From IMG/VR virus record IMGVR_UViG_3300027747_002638: DNA of 64,000 nt. One strand, given 5' to 3'. The position numbers and the translations under genes were made by a program. Below the pieces are notes generated by a model that saw only the letters and a program-made list of their open reading frames with translations, was not told the origin of the DNA and made no database searches. This DNA comes from a virus. How positions within the stretch are numbered: position 1 is the first letter of the stretch; each line of letters begins with the position of its first letter. Positions 19,711 to 29,090 of this stretch are shown here, piece by piece.

Positions 19711-20724
19711 CTAGCCTCTTCTGTTGCAATAATTAAAATTCTTATAAATTTTTTCTATTATATGCTCTTTAGATTCATCCTTTTCTTCTGTTTTTATCTC
19801 TTGACCTGCAGAAGTTTGTATATCTAAATTTTCTTTTTCTTGTATTTTTGGTTTTATTTCTATATCTTCTTTTTTATTAGATGTTATGTTATAAGCTAAT
19901 AAAAGTGAAACCGCTAATGGATCAAAAACACAAACAATTATAAGTATAAACCATTTAACTACTGTTTCTATTTTTACGTTAAAAGCTTCTGCTATAAATT
20001 TATAAGTTCCTATATCTGATTTTGTGATTTGTTGTTTTAAAGAAATAATAGAATTGTCAATACCATTAATTTCAGCTAATAAAGTATTATTAATATTATT
20101 AATTTTTTCTATATTAGATTCTAATGATGATATGCCAGTTTGCATACTATCTAAAGTTTTAGATTTTAATTCTACTGATTTTTTATCTACTATTTTTTCT
20201 TGAGTATCGCTACTAAATAAACCTCCAGATTTTGTAATTGTAGTTGTGGTAGATTGATCTAGAGCTTTTGTTAAATTTGATTCTTGGTTCTTTCTTGTGT
20301 CTGTTAAAGTCTTAATTCTTTCGTTATTTGAAACTATTTGAGTATTTAATGATTGTTTTTTATTCTCTAATAAAACTACTTGGGATTCTATACCATCTAT
20401 ATTGCTTTTAGTTGAGTAAAAGGCTTGACTTAAAAATCCAAATATACCTAAACTAGTAATTGCCATCAATACAATAATCGCCGCTAATAGATATGATCTA
20501 ATAATATTATTAATTTTTTGCCAATAACGATATAAAAAGCTAGTTGCCATTATTTTTCCAAACTCTAAGCTGCTTGCCATAATTATTGATGCTATAAAGC
20601 TACCAGAGAATAGTAAACCTATACCTTTCACAGAAAAGAAAGCCCCGCATCCTGCTAATAATAAAGCTGACAAGCCTAATAAGTATTTAAACATAAGTTC
20701 AATTTTTTGATTTATAATTGCCAC
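19711..20724 (-). CDS. Membrane protein with long coiled coil
   Basis: 3 N-terminal TM segments, coiled coil, C-terminal TM with FDPLAV. Confidence 0.75.
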   Translation of the reverse strand: MAIINQKIELMFKYLLGLSALLLAGCGAFFSVKGIGLLFSGSFIASIIMASSLEFGKIMATSFLYRYWQKINNIIRSYLLAAIIVLMAITSLGIFGFLSQAFYSTKSNIDGIESQVVLLENKKQSLNTQIVSNNERIKTLTDTRKNQESNLTKALDQSTTTTITKSGGLFSSDTQEKIVDKKSVELKSKTLDSMQTGISSLESNIEKINNINNTLLAEINGIDNSIISLKQQITKSDIGTYKFIAEAFNVKIETVVKWFILIIVCVFDPLAVSLLLAYNITSNKKEDIEIKPKIQEKENLDIQTSAGQEIKTEEKDESKEHIIEKIYKNFNYCNRRG

Positions 20725-20932
20725 CTAATCCTAAAAAATTGGGCTCGCGCACAGAATATAAAGGTTTGGCCGTGGTAATTTTTGGTAAATTATTATCAAT
20801 GTATTGTATATTATTTTGGATTGGCTCATTTGGTTTGTTTTTGTTTGATTTTAAGATATTGGTCTGACTAATAAGGTAATATAAAGATCCTAATAATATT
20901 GTTAAAGCTAATAATTTGATATTGTGTTTCAT
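20699..20932 (-). CDS. Small membrane-anchored protein
   Basis: N-terminal hydrophobic helix; GTGTAA upstream. Confidence 0.5.
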   Translation of the reverse strand: MKHNIKLLALTILLGSLYYLISQTNILKSNKNKPNEPIQNNIQYIDNNLPKITTAKPLYSVREPNFLGLGGNYKSKN

Positions 20933-20974
20933 ATAATGTAGATTACACTAGTTAATATGGTGTAATTTGCATAT

Positions 20975-21811
20975 ATGCCGTCTGGTAAAAAACATACATT
21001 TATTAACAGAACTGTGCAAGGTAGTCCTATATTTTATGAAGGATTAAAATCTATTATTTTTCAAGAAGCAAGCAATTACTCTATAAACTATGGATATTTT
21101 GATTATGCTACTTATGGTAATGCTGTTGCGTTTGTGCAAGAACCTTCTGTGAACGTTATTATAAATTATGTTATAAACCTTGGCGCTGGGAAAAGATCAT
21201 GGACATTCTCCCCAACAAATCCTGCTCTTCCAGTTTTAGAAATAATATTAGATTTTCCAGGCACGAATAATGAAAATGCTCCTCCTTATAAACCAATTTG
21301 GGGTTTAAGTTATTCATTAGGAGATTTTGGTGGAGGTCATCCACCTTTTAGTCCAAATGGAACAGAATATAATATAACTGTAAATCCTGCTCTTACTTGC
21401 TATAACTCAGAAGCAGAAGTTCTTATGGAAGGTTGGTACGCTGGTCCTAGAATCTTAACTCGTGATAACGAAAATCTTTATACTTATTATGTGGGTGGTA
21501 ATCCTGGAGATGAAACTTTAGATAGGACAAACTCTTCGAGTCTTTGGGTTTATAGAAATGTTGGAGATGCAATCGTAACATCTTTAACGGTTGCACCTTT
21601 TCCTTGGCAAGCTGAGTGGCCATCACCTTTTGTATCTACTAAACTTTTGCCATCTTGGAAGGGTGGAAATATTTATAATATTGGAGATATAGTAACTTTA
21701 GGTGGATTTAATTGGATATGTTTAGCTTATGCACCTGCAGGTTATGGACCATATGGTGGTTATTTAGATGGTACTGCAAATGGTACAATATATTGGCAGC
21801 TTCTCCCATAG
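20975..21811 (+). CDS. Hypothetical protein with C-terminal CBM5/12-like motif
   Basis: PSWKGGNIYNIGDIVTLGGFNWIC. Confidence 0.55.
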   Translation: MPSGKKHTFINRTVQGSPIFYEGLKSIIFQEASNYSINYGYFDYATYGNAVAFVQEPSVNVIINYVINLGAGKRSWTFSPTNPALPVLEIILDFPGTNNENAPPYKPIWGLSYSLGDFGGGHPPFSPNGTEYNITVNPALTCYNSEAEVLMEGWYAGPRILTRDNENLYTYYVGGNPGDETLDRTNSSSLWVYRNVGDAIVTSLTVAPFPWQAEWPSPFVSTKLLPSWKGGNIYNIGDIVTLGGFNWICLAYAPAGYGPYGGYLDGTANGTIYWQLLP

Positions 21812-22186
21812 TTTGTTTTGGTTGTATATAAAAAACACTTTATAACAAAAATAGCCCCGCGGATTTTTTTACTTCTAAGTATATTCATTTGTATTGATTT
21901 TTTATAGATTTAGAAAAAGGGGTAGGGGTATATATAGGAGTATAAATAAAGATAAGATAAAGTATAAGCTATTTATTGTATTTAAATTAGGTATAAATAA
22001 GTAACATATTAAAATAATGTGGAGATTGAAGATAGCCCCCTCCTCTCTCTTTTGAGTTTTAGAGCGAAGTAATTTTTTCAAAAATGGGGTAGCCCATAGG
22101 CGAACTCAAACCTAGAAACACAGGCTAGGGATCTATATAAAAAATAAAAAACACAGAAAAAATGGGGTGGGGGTTTAGCGCTTTCT

Positions 22187-22213
22187 CTAAGTCGTTGACT
22201 ATCAATGAAATTT
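22187..22213. repeat. Lone 27-bp palindrome (half element)
   Basis: ctaagtcgttgactatcaatgaaattt, directly upstream of a sigma70-like promoter. Confidence 0.8.
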
Positions 22214-22262
22214 AACTGAAGAAATATCTTGTGATAATCCTATTCTGTGATAGATTACCTAT

Positions 22263-22412
22263 ATGAAGAAATTAAGCAAATATGAACAACTGATCGCAAA
22301 CCTCAACAAGGCTAGCCAAGACCTTAAGGATGCCTCTACCAAGGCTATCGCTACTCTTGACGCTCACGCCAACAAGGTGGAAGCTATCCATCAGGAAGCG
22401 ATGACCAAATGA
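22263..22412 (+). CDS. Small helical protein, paralog of 23616-23804
   Basis: Manual ORF MKKLSKYEQLIANLNKASQDLKDA...; leaderless after TTGTGA..TAGATT. Confidence 0.7.
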   Translation: MKKLSKYEQLIANLNKASQDLKDASTKAIATLDAHANKVEAIHQEAMTK

Positions 22413-22531
22413 ATCAAATAGAAATCATCCTCACCCTTACCATCGTAACCATTCTTATCGGAATCTACGCTATGGTAACAGCTAAAAAATAACCCTTGAC
22501 GAAACATAAACAGAAAGGCAATATACAACCT

Positions 22532-22951
22532 ATGAAACAAAACCTCAAAATCAGTTACCAAACCTTCGGCGAAAACAATGCTTACCTTCTCGAAGGAAGT
22601 ATCAAACAGATCAATCACTTCTTCAATTCAATATATAATTGGGAAGGAACTAACGGCAAGTTGCACGATATGGGCAACGGCAAAGCGTTTTACTTCTACG
22701 CTCATCCAGATGATGTGATGAAAGCTCTTACTAAAGTTGCGTTGCATAGCTTGGTCAATAAGATTAACGCTAAGGGACGCAAGGGTGGACTGCTTGACCT
22801 TGCCAAGGCCAAAGCACAGAGCATCGTGGATGCTATGGGTCAGACTTGTTTCCTATGGGGTGCAAGTAGCTCCGAGGGATACAGCCTTGGAACTATCAGT
22901 GCAGAGAAACCCTCTGACTACTGCGGTGCAGTCAGCAACGGAAGGGACTAA
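22532..22951 (+). CDS. Hypothetical protein, paralog of 29817-30203
   Basis: Shared YNWxGTNGxL and YSLGTISAEK; start re-assigned to ATG 22532. Confidence 0.75.
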   Translation: MKQNLKISYQTFGENNAYLLEGSIKQINHFFNSIYNWEGTNGKLHDMGNGKAFYFYAHPDDVMKALTKVALHSLVNKINAKGRKGGLLDLAKAKAQSIVDAMGQTCFLWGASSSEGYSLGTISAEKPSDYCGAVSNGRD

Positions 22952-22955
22952 TCCT

Positions 22956-23333
22956 ATGACAGCAGAACTATTCATCGTAGCATTAACAATCCTTGGCGAA
23001 GCTAGGGGTGAAACCTTTGAGGGTATGGCTGGCGTTGCTAGTGTTATACAAACACGCACCATAGAGCGTAAGCAAACGCCTAGCCAAGTGTGCCTGTCAC
23101 CTAAACAATTCAGCTTCTGGAATGGTGGAGTAAGTGAAGCTACCAAGAAGAAGCTACTGGCAACAGCACAAGGTAAGAACGCTCTATACCTTGCTGATCT
23201 AGTCGTCCATAAACAGATGCCAGACATCGTGAGGGGTGCAAACCATTACCACGCCATCAGCGTCGCTCCTAGATGGGCTAGAGATGCAAGGCTAGTGGCT
23301 ACAATACGCAACCACAAGTTTTATAAGTTGTAA
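22956..23333 (+). CDS. Cell wall hydrolase, SleB/Hydrolase_2 family
   Basis: GEARGE..GMAGVASVI..R, PKQFSFWN, GANHYH, NHKFY; start at ATG 22956. Confidence 0.85.
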   Translation: MTAELFIVALTILGEARGETFEGMAGVASVIQTRTIERKQTPSQVCLSPKQFSFWNGGVSEATKKKLLATAQGKNALYLADLVVHKQMPDIVRGANHYHAISVAPRWARDARLVATIRNHKFYKL

Positions 23334-23404
23334 GTAGCTGAATACCAACGACTTGCGAGCGCAGGGACGCACCTTATGTAAGTCCTTTATAATCAGATAC
23401 TTGC
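23330..23404 (+). repeat. 75-bp element copy 1
   Basis: gtaagtagctgaataccaacgacttgc-gagcGCAGGGacgcaccttat-gtaagtcctttataatcagatacttgc. Confidence 0.9.
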
Positions 23405-23414
23405 AAAGATTCTC

Positions 23415-23492
23415 GATCTTCTGACAAAACCTGAATGAACGCAAAAGATCAGGCCTGATCTTGCAACAAAACCTGATGGAACGCTAAAAATC
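23415..23492. repeat. Two 36-bp direct repeats around a perfect 18-bp palindrome
   Basis: gatcttNNNacaaaacctgaNNgaacgc at 23415 and 23457; aagatcaggcctgatctt at 23445-23462. Confidence 0.85.
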
Positions 23493-23566
23493 TAAACCCC
23501 TAACCATTAACGACTTACAAAAGCGACCTCCCTGCAGCTGTAACTCGTTGATGGTGAACGAGATTT
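23492..23566 (-). repeat. 75-bp element copy 2 (reverse)
   Basis: ctaaacccctaaccattaacgacttac-aaaagcgacctCCCTGCagct-gtaactcgttgatggtgaacgagattt. Confidence 0.9.
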
Positions 23567-23615
23567 AAATGAAAAAATATCTTGCAAAATTTCTAAAATG
23601 TGATAAATTAAGAGT

Positions 23616-23804
23616 ATGAAAAGAAAAACAAAATTAGAAATCCTCCTCGGAAATTTAGACAAGGCTTCGGCTGACCTCAAAAAAGCCGTTGAAGAATCCC
23701 AAAAAAGACTCGATGAAAGTTTCGCAAAATACGAACATAAAGTTGAAGTCGCTCATCATAACTCGATGATGGTCAACGAAAAACAAATTGAAGAAATAAT
23801 TTGA
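23616..23804 (+). CDS. Small helical protein, paralog of 22263-22412
   Basis: LLGNLDKASADLKKA versus LIANLNKASQDLKDA. Confidence 0.7.
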   Translation: MKRKTKLEILLGNLDKASADLKKAVEESQKRLDESFAKYEHKVEVAHHNSMMVNEKQIEEII

Positions 23805-23878
23805 CTTTTGCAGGAATTGTGGTAAACTATATACATAAGATAAAAGATAACAAATAACAAAGAAAGAAAAAAAATAAA

Positions 23879-24154
23879 ATGACTCATAGAATGATAAACT
23901 GGAATTTTCAACGAAAACAAATGCGTGAAAATATGCGAAAAAATATGAATGCTTCTGAAGAAGTAATCATAACTAACTCTAACAATACACCAACTTACTT
24001 TGGTAAAATATACCTTTACGAAGGAACTCTAGTAAAAGTTTCTTATAAAACTTCTGCAAATACTGCGGTTGTAACCTTCCTAGAAGGTAAAGATAAAGAT
24101 AAGGTTGGAACTATCAACCTTAATAACGCTAAACTAATAAAGGAAAATAAATAA
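23879..24154 (+). CDS. Hypothetical protein, probable paralog of 24707-24925
   Basis: LVKV...TA...LEGxDKxKxxTIxL shared. Confidence 0.65.
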   Translation: MTHRMINWNFQRKQMRENMRKNMNASEEVIITNSNNTPTYFGKIYLYEGTLVKVSYKTSANTAVVTFLEGKDKDKVGTINLNNAKLIKENK

Positions 24155-24332
24155 ATGAATAACGATAATAAAAAACAATTAACTTCCCAAGAATGGGAAA
24201 TTCAACGCAAAGAAAAAAATCAAGCTCTTTGGGCTAATCGTAAAAAGCGATGGTCTGAATGGAAAAAGAATAATCCTGAAAAGGCTAAAGCTCACGCCTT
24301 ACTAAAGGCAAAACTTAATGGAAAATAAATAA

Positions 24333-24530
24333 ATGAACATTCAACAATTCGAAGAACTCTTAAAGAATCACGATTGGACTTACCAAATGAGTGAAGACTC
24401 ATACTACTATCGTAGGGGTCAAAAACAACTTAAAGAAATTGAAGAAGCTATCGCCCAAGCTGGTGAATCAGAATGGGGCGAAGAATATCAAAACCTATAT
24501 AATCAATATCGTAACAAGTTTGGAGTTTGA
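24333..24530 (+). CDS. Hypothetical phage protein
   Basis: LKNHDWTYQMSED motif. Confidence 0.65.
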   Translation: MNIQQFEELLKNHDWTYQMSEDSYYYRRGQKQLKEIEEAIAQAGESEWGEEYQNLYNQYRNKFGV

Positions 24531-24544
24531 CAAAATTAGTTGAT

Positions 24545-24619
24545 GTAAGTTGTTGGATACCAATGACTTACGACGGCAGGGACCCTTGCGTTGCAAGTCG
24601 TTAATGATCAATGAAATTT
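24545..24619 (+). repeat. 75-bp element copy 3
   Basis: gtaagttgttggataccaatgacttac-gacgGCAGGGacccttgcgtt-gcaagtcgttaatgatcaatgaaattt. Confidence 0.9.
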
Positions 24620-24706
24620 AAATGAAGATTTTTGTTGCGTTTTCTCTGAAATATGCTAAACTATACTTATAACAAGATAAGAAATAACAAAGAAAGAAAA
24701 AATAAA

Positions 24707-24925
24707 ATGATAACAATAAATAAAGAACTAACTACAGATGAAAATACTTTTCGATATGGTCACGAAAGACTACTCGTAAAGGTTTTCCCTTCTACAATCG
24801 GTTGGAAAACTATGACTGCAACTGCTGAAATCCTCGAAGGTGAGGACAAAGGTAAATGGACAACCATTTATCTTCGTAGCGGATTGTATAATGTCGATAC
24901 AGATTCTCTTGTCTGGTATCGCTAA
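24707..24925 (+). CDS. Hypothetical protein, probable paralog of 23879-24154
   Basis: Shared motif and shared A-rich leader aaataacaaagaaagaaaaaataaaATG. Confidence 0.65.
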   Translation: MITINKELTTDENTFRYGHERLLVKVFPSTIGWKTMTATAEILEGEDKGKWTTIYLRSGLYNVDTDSLVWYR

Positions 24926-24953
24926 ATCGTTAATAATCAAAGAGAAAAAAAGT

Positions 24954-24981
24954 TTGACAAAATAAGAAAGTGTGATAGATT
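24954..24981 (+). promoter_or_regulatory. Sigma70-type early promoter (leaderless), representative example
   Basis: TTGACA-16nt-TAGATT with TG extension; ATG 6 nt downstream; lone degenerate palindrome at 24922-24948 upstream. Confidence 0.7.
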
Positions 24982-24987
24982 AAAGGT

Positions 24988-25389
24988 ATGACATACGAAA
25001 AAAGAAAACAAAAAGAAATAGCAACTCAACAAGCCAACAGAGCTGAAAAAGCTAGGCTCACAGCAGAAAAGGCTGAACTTTTCAAAAGTCTCAACATCCA
25101 AATTGGTGACTTCATCGAAATAACAACCTCGAAAGGTAGTGAAGTTTTGTTCGTGGAAGATTCTGCGAATACTTACGACACTTTGCCTTTCCTCAAAAAC
25201 ATTCTTTTCCTCTCATTCAGAGGAATCAATGGTGCTGGCATCGTTGGGATGACTTGTCTCCTCGATGTTGTGGAAGTTAAAAAAGTAAAAGGAAGCATCG
25301 CACTTCTACAAGAAGTTGAACAAGCGATGAAAGTTTCAAACCGAATCTTTCAAAGCTATAACGAAGCTGGAAGTTATAAAGGAGACTAA
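24988..25389 (+). CDS. Hypothetical protein
   Basis: 133 aa ORF after a consensus promoter. Confidence 0.7.
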   Translation: MTYEKRKQKEIATQQANRAEKARLTAEKAELFKSLNIQIGDFIEITTSKGSEVLFVEDSANTYDTLPFLKNILFLSFRGINGAGIVGMTCLLDVVEVKKVKGSIALLQEVEQAMKVSNRIFQSYNEAGSYKGD

Positions 25390-25522
25390 TGAAAAAAATA
25401 CTTTTCAAAATAAATAAAAAAACTTTTCGTCTTGCTGTAAAAAATGGTGAGAAGAAAAACTTTTTGCGTGAAAGATTTTTTTACTACATCTCTGCGAGTT
25501 GTTTGAATCTTAGAGACCTCTT

Positions 25523-25597
25523 GTAAATAACTCACTATCAACGAGTTACGAGCGCAGGGAGGCCCCGCGCGCAAACCCTTGACTATCAACGACTTAC
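25523..25597 (+). repeat. 75-bp element copy 4
   Basis: gtaaataactcactatcaacgagttac-gagcGCAGGGaggccccgcgc-gcaaacccttgactatcaacgacttac. Confidence 0.9.
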
Positions 25598-25901
25598 ATA
25601 AGGCTAAACAGGACACATCATTTTAATGTTATGATTTCCTATTAAAATATTTCGTATTTAGTATTAGGCATTCTTCTATTTGATTTTTTATAAAATAAAA
25701 CTTGTGCTAAAAATAATCTGTGATACATTTAATTTATGACAAACGAAATCACATCCCTAGCGACGGAAACCTGCGAGGAAGCCTATGTGGACGCTAATGC
25801 GTTCTTTGACTACATCAATTCCAATGATGTGGTTAACTCGATGCTCGATGCGTTGAGTGGGGTTTACGATTCGGTCGAAACTATTGTGGAGGTCAAATAA
25901 T

Positions 25902-26165
25902 ATGGACTACAAAGCCTCTCTCAAGGAGTGGATGAGTCAGCACATGCTGTCTCCGTTGGATGTGCGCGACATCCTTAACCAGATGCGCGAGGATGACCGC
26001 GCTATCAAATCCGAAACATCAGACGAGCCAAACGATTCTATGGATGGCGACTTCGACTCTGCTATGGCTTCTGCTGGCCACGGCACTGATGAGGATTACA
26101 ATGGTGGATGTTACCAGATGGAAGACTTTGGTTGGGCTGGTGACGAAAACCTCTGTGGAGAATAA
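25902..26165 (+). CDS. Acidic hypothetical protein
   Basis: MDYKASLKEW...DSMDGDFDSAMASAGHGTDEDY; start re-assigned to the internal Met. Confidence 0.6.
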   Translation: MDYKASLKEWMSQHMLSPLDVRDILNQMREDDRAIKSETSDEPNDSMDGDFDSAMASAGHGTDEDYNGGCYQMEDFGWAGDENLCGE

Positions 26166-26305
26166 TATATGATTGATATATTCGATGACGAAAAAACCCT
26201 AAAAATTTGGGCAAAAAAAATGTTAGATGATCAAGCTATGGAGCGAGCTTTAGAAACTCAAGCAGAACTTGATTCTGACCATATGCGTGATATGGGAGAG
26301 TCTTA

Positions 26306-26380
26306 ATAAGTTGCTAATAGTCAACGACTTACGGCCGCAGGGACGCCGCCGATGTAAATCCTTGATAATCAAAGACTTAC
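26306..26380 (+). repeat. 75-bp element copy 5, at the convergence point of + and - transcription
   Basis: ataagttgctaatagtcaacgacttac-ggccGCAGGGacgccgccgat-gtaaatccttgataatcaaagacttac. Confidence 0.9.
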
Positions 26381-26610
26381 ACCAGCAATTTTTTACATAG
26401 AGGCTCGCCAACCTTCAAAAACTTCGTCAATCTCTCTCTGCTTTTGCACAAAACTTTTGTTTGTATCGAGTGGAGGATTTTCATTATCACCCCACGGATA
26501 AAAACTTTCTAAATTTTCGTTTAATAGTTTTTCTATATTCATTTTGACATTTTGAATGTTAGAGTTAATCCTAATATCACAAGACATAAAAATATTTCCA
26601 TTTAGACATC

Positions 26611-27246
26611 TTAATGCTTTTTATAATCTATTGCAAACTCATTCTTATCCCAACACTTGCGACAATCACCGCACTTGTTCCCTTGTTTAGAAGATGGGCA
26701 GTTAAAGTTTCCTAGCTTGCTCGCACCGCTAACGCACAAGCCAAGGCGTTGTGCAATTCCTACGGGTGCGGGGCCATCCATCATAAGAGCAGACAAACGG
26801 ATGGTAAGATTACTAGGCACTTCTCCACCTTGTTCGATATAGGTTGAGACAAAAGCATATTCACGAGTTGGAAGCCAAAAAGAAATGTGAGGAAGATTCT
26901 TTGCAATCTTCACAATCTTTTCAATATGCCAAACACCTTGCAAGTCTCCTGAATCGTGCCACCTGAAATGTGGATTCTTAACTTTACCAATCAAATAAGT
27001 CATAGCGTCCACCCACAAATCGTTAGTAAGAGAAGCGAAACGCTTTTCCATAGCTTTCTGAACATTGGGGAAAACATAACGCCCTTTAAGAGCATAGCAA
27101 AAAGCACAAATGCTTCCTACAACATTCCGCATTTTTTGCCCGATAAGACAACGTTTTGCGGGCGTTGAGTAAGCATATCCAGGCATCTTCGAGGGTTTTG
27201 AGAGTGTGCCAACAATCTCTTCGGCTTGTTTTTTGTTTTTGAACAT
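26611..27246 (-). CDS. Gp88-like Cys-rich protein
   Basis: SKMPG...C...CAFCYALKG...FRWHDSGD...FWLPTRE...C..CGDCRKCW. Confidence 0.7.
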   Translation of the reverse strand: MFKNKKQAEEIVGTLSKPSKMPGYAYSTPAKRCLIGQKMRNVVGSICAFCYALKGRYVFPNVQKAMEKRFASLTNDLWVDAMTYLIGKVKNPHFRWHDSGDLQGVWHIEKIVKIAKNLPHISFWLPTREYAFVSTYIEQGGEVPSNLTIRLSALMMDGPAPVGIAQRLGLCVSGASKLGNFNCPSSKQGNKCGDCRKCWDKNEFAIDYKKH

Positions 27247-27295
27247 AGAATTAGATTAACACTTTTTTTTCTTGTGACAAGTTTTTTTTACAATT

Positions 27296-27370
27296 AAATC
27301 TCGTTGACTATCAATGACTTACGACGGCAGGGACCCCGCTTGCGTAAGTAGTTAATACTTAAGCAGTTAC
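27296..27370 (+). repeat. 75-bp element copy 6 (overlaps the ardC stop)
   Basis: aaatctcgttgactatcaatgacttac-gacgGCAGGGaccccgcttgc-gtaagtagttaatacttaagcagttac. Confidence 0.9.
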
Positions 27371-28195
27371 AGCTTCTTCTTCTTGAATTTCTTCGCTTTC
27401 TTTTCTATCAACAAAAGCGTCAAATCTTTTTTGTGCTTTGCTAGAAGCTGAGATGATAAAGTTTGTATCTTTTTTTAATACTTCTAACCAATTGGAAAGA
27501 TAGCTGGCAGAATTGTTAAAACATTTTTCAGAATCAATTCCGCAGAAGTTAAGACAAAGACTAGCAAAAATCTCAGCGGTCAATTCTTCTTTGCTATAAT
27601 TCTGAGAACCAAAACCATTCTTAACATTATCGCCTGTGCTTTTATGCATAGCGTGGCCGATCTCATGAAATGCTGTGGAGTAATACTCCTCAACGCTGTT
27701 AAAGTTTTCTTTTGGGGGTAAATCAATCTTATGATCTTCTGGATAGTAACAGGCACGACTGCCACCATACTTAATCTGAATCACGCACTTGTTGATTAAC
27801 TTTTCTGCTTCTTCTACTGGTGAGAAATCCAACTTCTGGACTTCTGGCTGTTTCCACTTCATACCTTCAATATCACTCAAACCAAAAACCTTGTAGAATC
27901 TCATAAGAGGAAAGCCACCTGATTCATCATCTTTCTTTTTTAATAGTTTGTAATAAACTACCATGTGAGACTTAGCGCCTTTTTTGATTTTTCCACCTAG
28001 CTCTTTAATCTGATTAAATGTAAAAAAGAAATCATCAGAAGCTACCATGCGAAGTAAGAATTGATTAATGCCTCGATAACCTTTTTTGGAAACTCCGTTG
28101 CAAAGATCAAAAACTTTCCAAGGCTTCTGCCAAGGAATGACTCCTTTGTTGAGGGCTTCGATGAACTTTTCTGTGATAATTTCGTTTACTTTCAT
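27359..28195 (-). CDS. ardC: ArdC-like antirestriction protein (ssDNA-binding domain + zincin-like domain)
   Basis: GVIPWQKPW...YRGIN...TFNQ..LGG.IKKG; YYSTAFHEIGH...YSKEELTAEI...SASYLSNWL. Confidence 0.88.
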   Translation of the reverse strand: MKVNEIITEKFIEALNKGVIPWQKPWKVFDLCNGVSKKGYRGINQFLLRMVASDDFFFTFNQIKELGGKIKKGAKSHMVVYYKLLKKKDDESGGFPLMRFYKVFGLSDIEGMKWKQPEVQKLDFSPVEEAEKLINKCVIQIKYGGSRACYYPEDHKIDLPPKENFNSVEEYYSTAFHEIGHAMHKSTGDNVKNGFGSQNYSKEELTAEIFASLCLNFCGIDSEKCFNNSASYLSNWLEVLKKDTNFIISASSKAQKRFDAFVDRKESEEIQEEEAVTA

Positions 28196-28234
28196 AGCTT
28201 AAATATATCAGAAATTTGTTTTTTGTCTACATTT

Positions 28235-28309
28235 AAATTTCATTGAGTATCAACGACTTATAGCACAAGAGCCCCTGCTTATGCAAGTGTTTGACTATCA
28301 AAGAGATAA
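28235..28309 (-). repeat. 75-bp element copy 7 (reverse)
   Basis: aaatttcattgagtatcaacgacttat-agcacaagagcCCCTGCttat-gcaagtgtttgactatcaaagagataa. Confidence 0.88.
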
Positions 28310-28347
28310 AAATATTGATTTAAAACCAATATAGTGTAATATAAGTT

Positions 28348-28524
28348 ATGAAGGTTTCTGGTTTACTTGAATCGTCTGCTCTATATAAAAAGTTTGTTGA
28401 AGAGCGAAATGAAATCCTAAAGCACAAATGGCTCGAAAGCGAAAAAGCTGGCCACGATATTGGTTTTGAAAAAGCTCTGTTAGATTGGGTTTTCAATCAC
28501 AGAGAAAAATGGCGTAATAAATAA
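28348..28524 (+). CDS. Small DUF4032-like protein
   Basis: Manual ORF MKVSGLLESSALYKKFVEERNEILKHKWLESEKAGHDIGFEKALLDWVFNHREKWRNK; GTGTAA at 28334. Confidence 0.75.
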   Translation: MKVSGLLESSALYKKFVEERNEILKHKWLESEKAGHDIGFEKALLDWVFNHREKWRNK

Positions 28525-28771
28525 TTCTTCGACCCTCTACGCTCATGATTTCGTAAAGGAATATCCTGCTCCTCTACCGCCTCTGACTCTGGGCGTTGGC
28601 AGGTTCATCCTCTTATGGGAGTTAGTCAGACTCGCCAAGAGAAGTATTGGCGTTCCGTTATATATAATCAATGTTGCCATTGAAAACTTTCCAGAACTGC
28701 AACCTTTCGGTCAACCTTCTCTGATATCGAAGAACTAAAACTATCTTAACATACTTTTGTTTATGTGCAAT

Positions 28772-28803
28772 AAAAAAGGCGAGGTTTTTACGCCTCGCCC
28801 TTT
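28772..28803 (-). terminator. Rho-independent terminator
   Basis: ggcgagg-loop-cctcgcc stem with A6 run on the + strand. Confidence 0.65.
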
Positions 28804-28823
28804 CTATAATGTCTTTCTGTAGT

Positions 28824-29090
28824 TTAAACTGGCGAAAGACCACCAGCGATTCGATCATAGCGGAATTGCTTCACGCCAGAATCCATACGACCAGAAAAGC
28901 AGAAGCTAGTGAATAGCTTGTTCCCTGCCTTGCTGATGGTATGAGAAGAAGGCTTGCTGATGATGTAAGTATAGACATCATTCTTGCCGTAGGGTTTGTA
29001 TTCGATTAAATACCTTTGCCCCAAGAGGAAAAGGACGAAGTGTTTCAGATATGAGGTTGCGTATATGATTGCGTTTTTGATTTTGTTCAT
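28824..29090 (-). CDS. Hypothetical protein
   Basis: 88 aa ending GVKQFRYDRI (WYL/SH3-like ending). Confidence 0.6.
   Translation of the reverse strand: MNKIKNAIIYATSYLKHFVLFLLGQRYLIEYKPYGKNDVYTYIISKPSSHTISKAGNKLFTSFCFSGRMDSGVKQFRYDRIAGGLSPV

Noticed and set aside
25386-25616. 76 aa ORF spanning element copy 4 (also 32199-32408)
   Set aside because: The translation is just the repeat element read through; there is no coding support.
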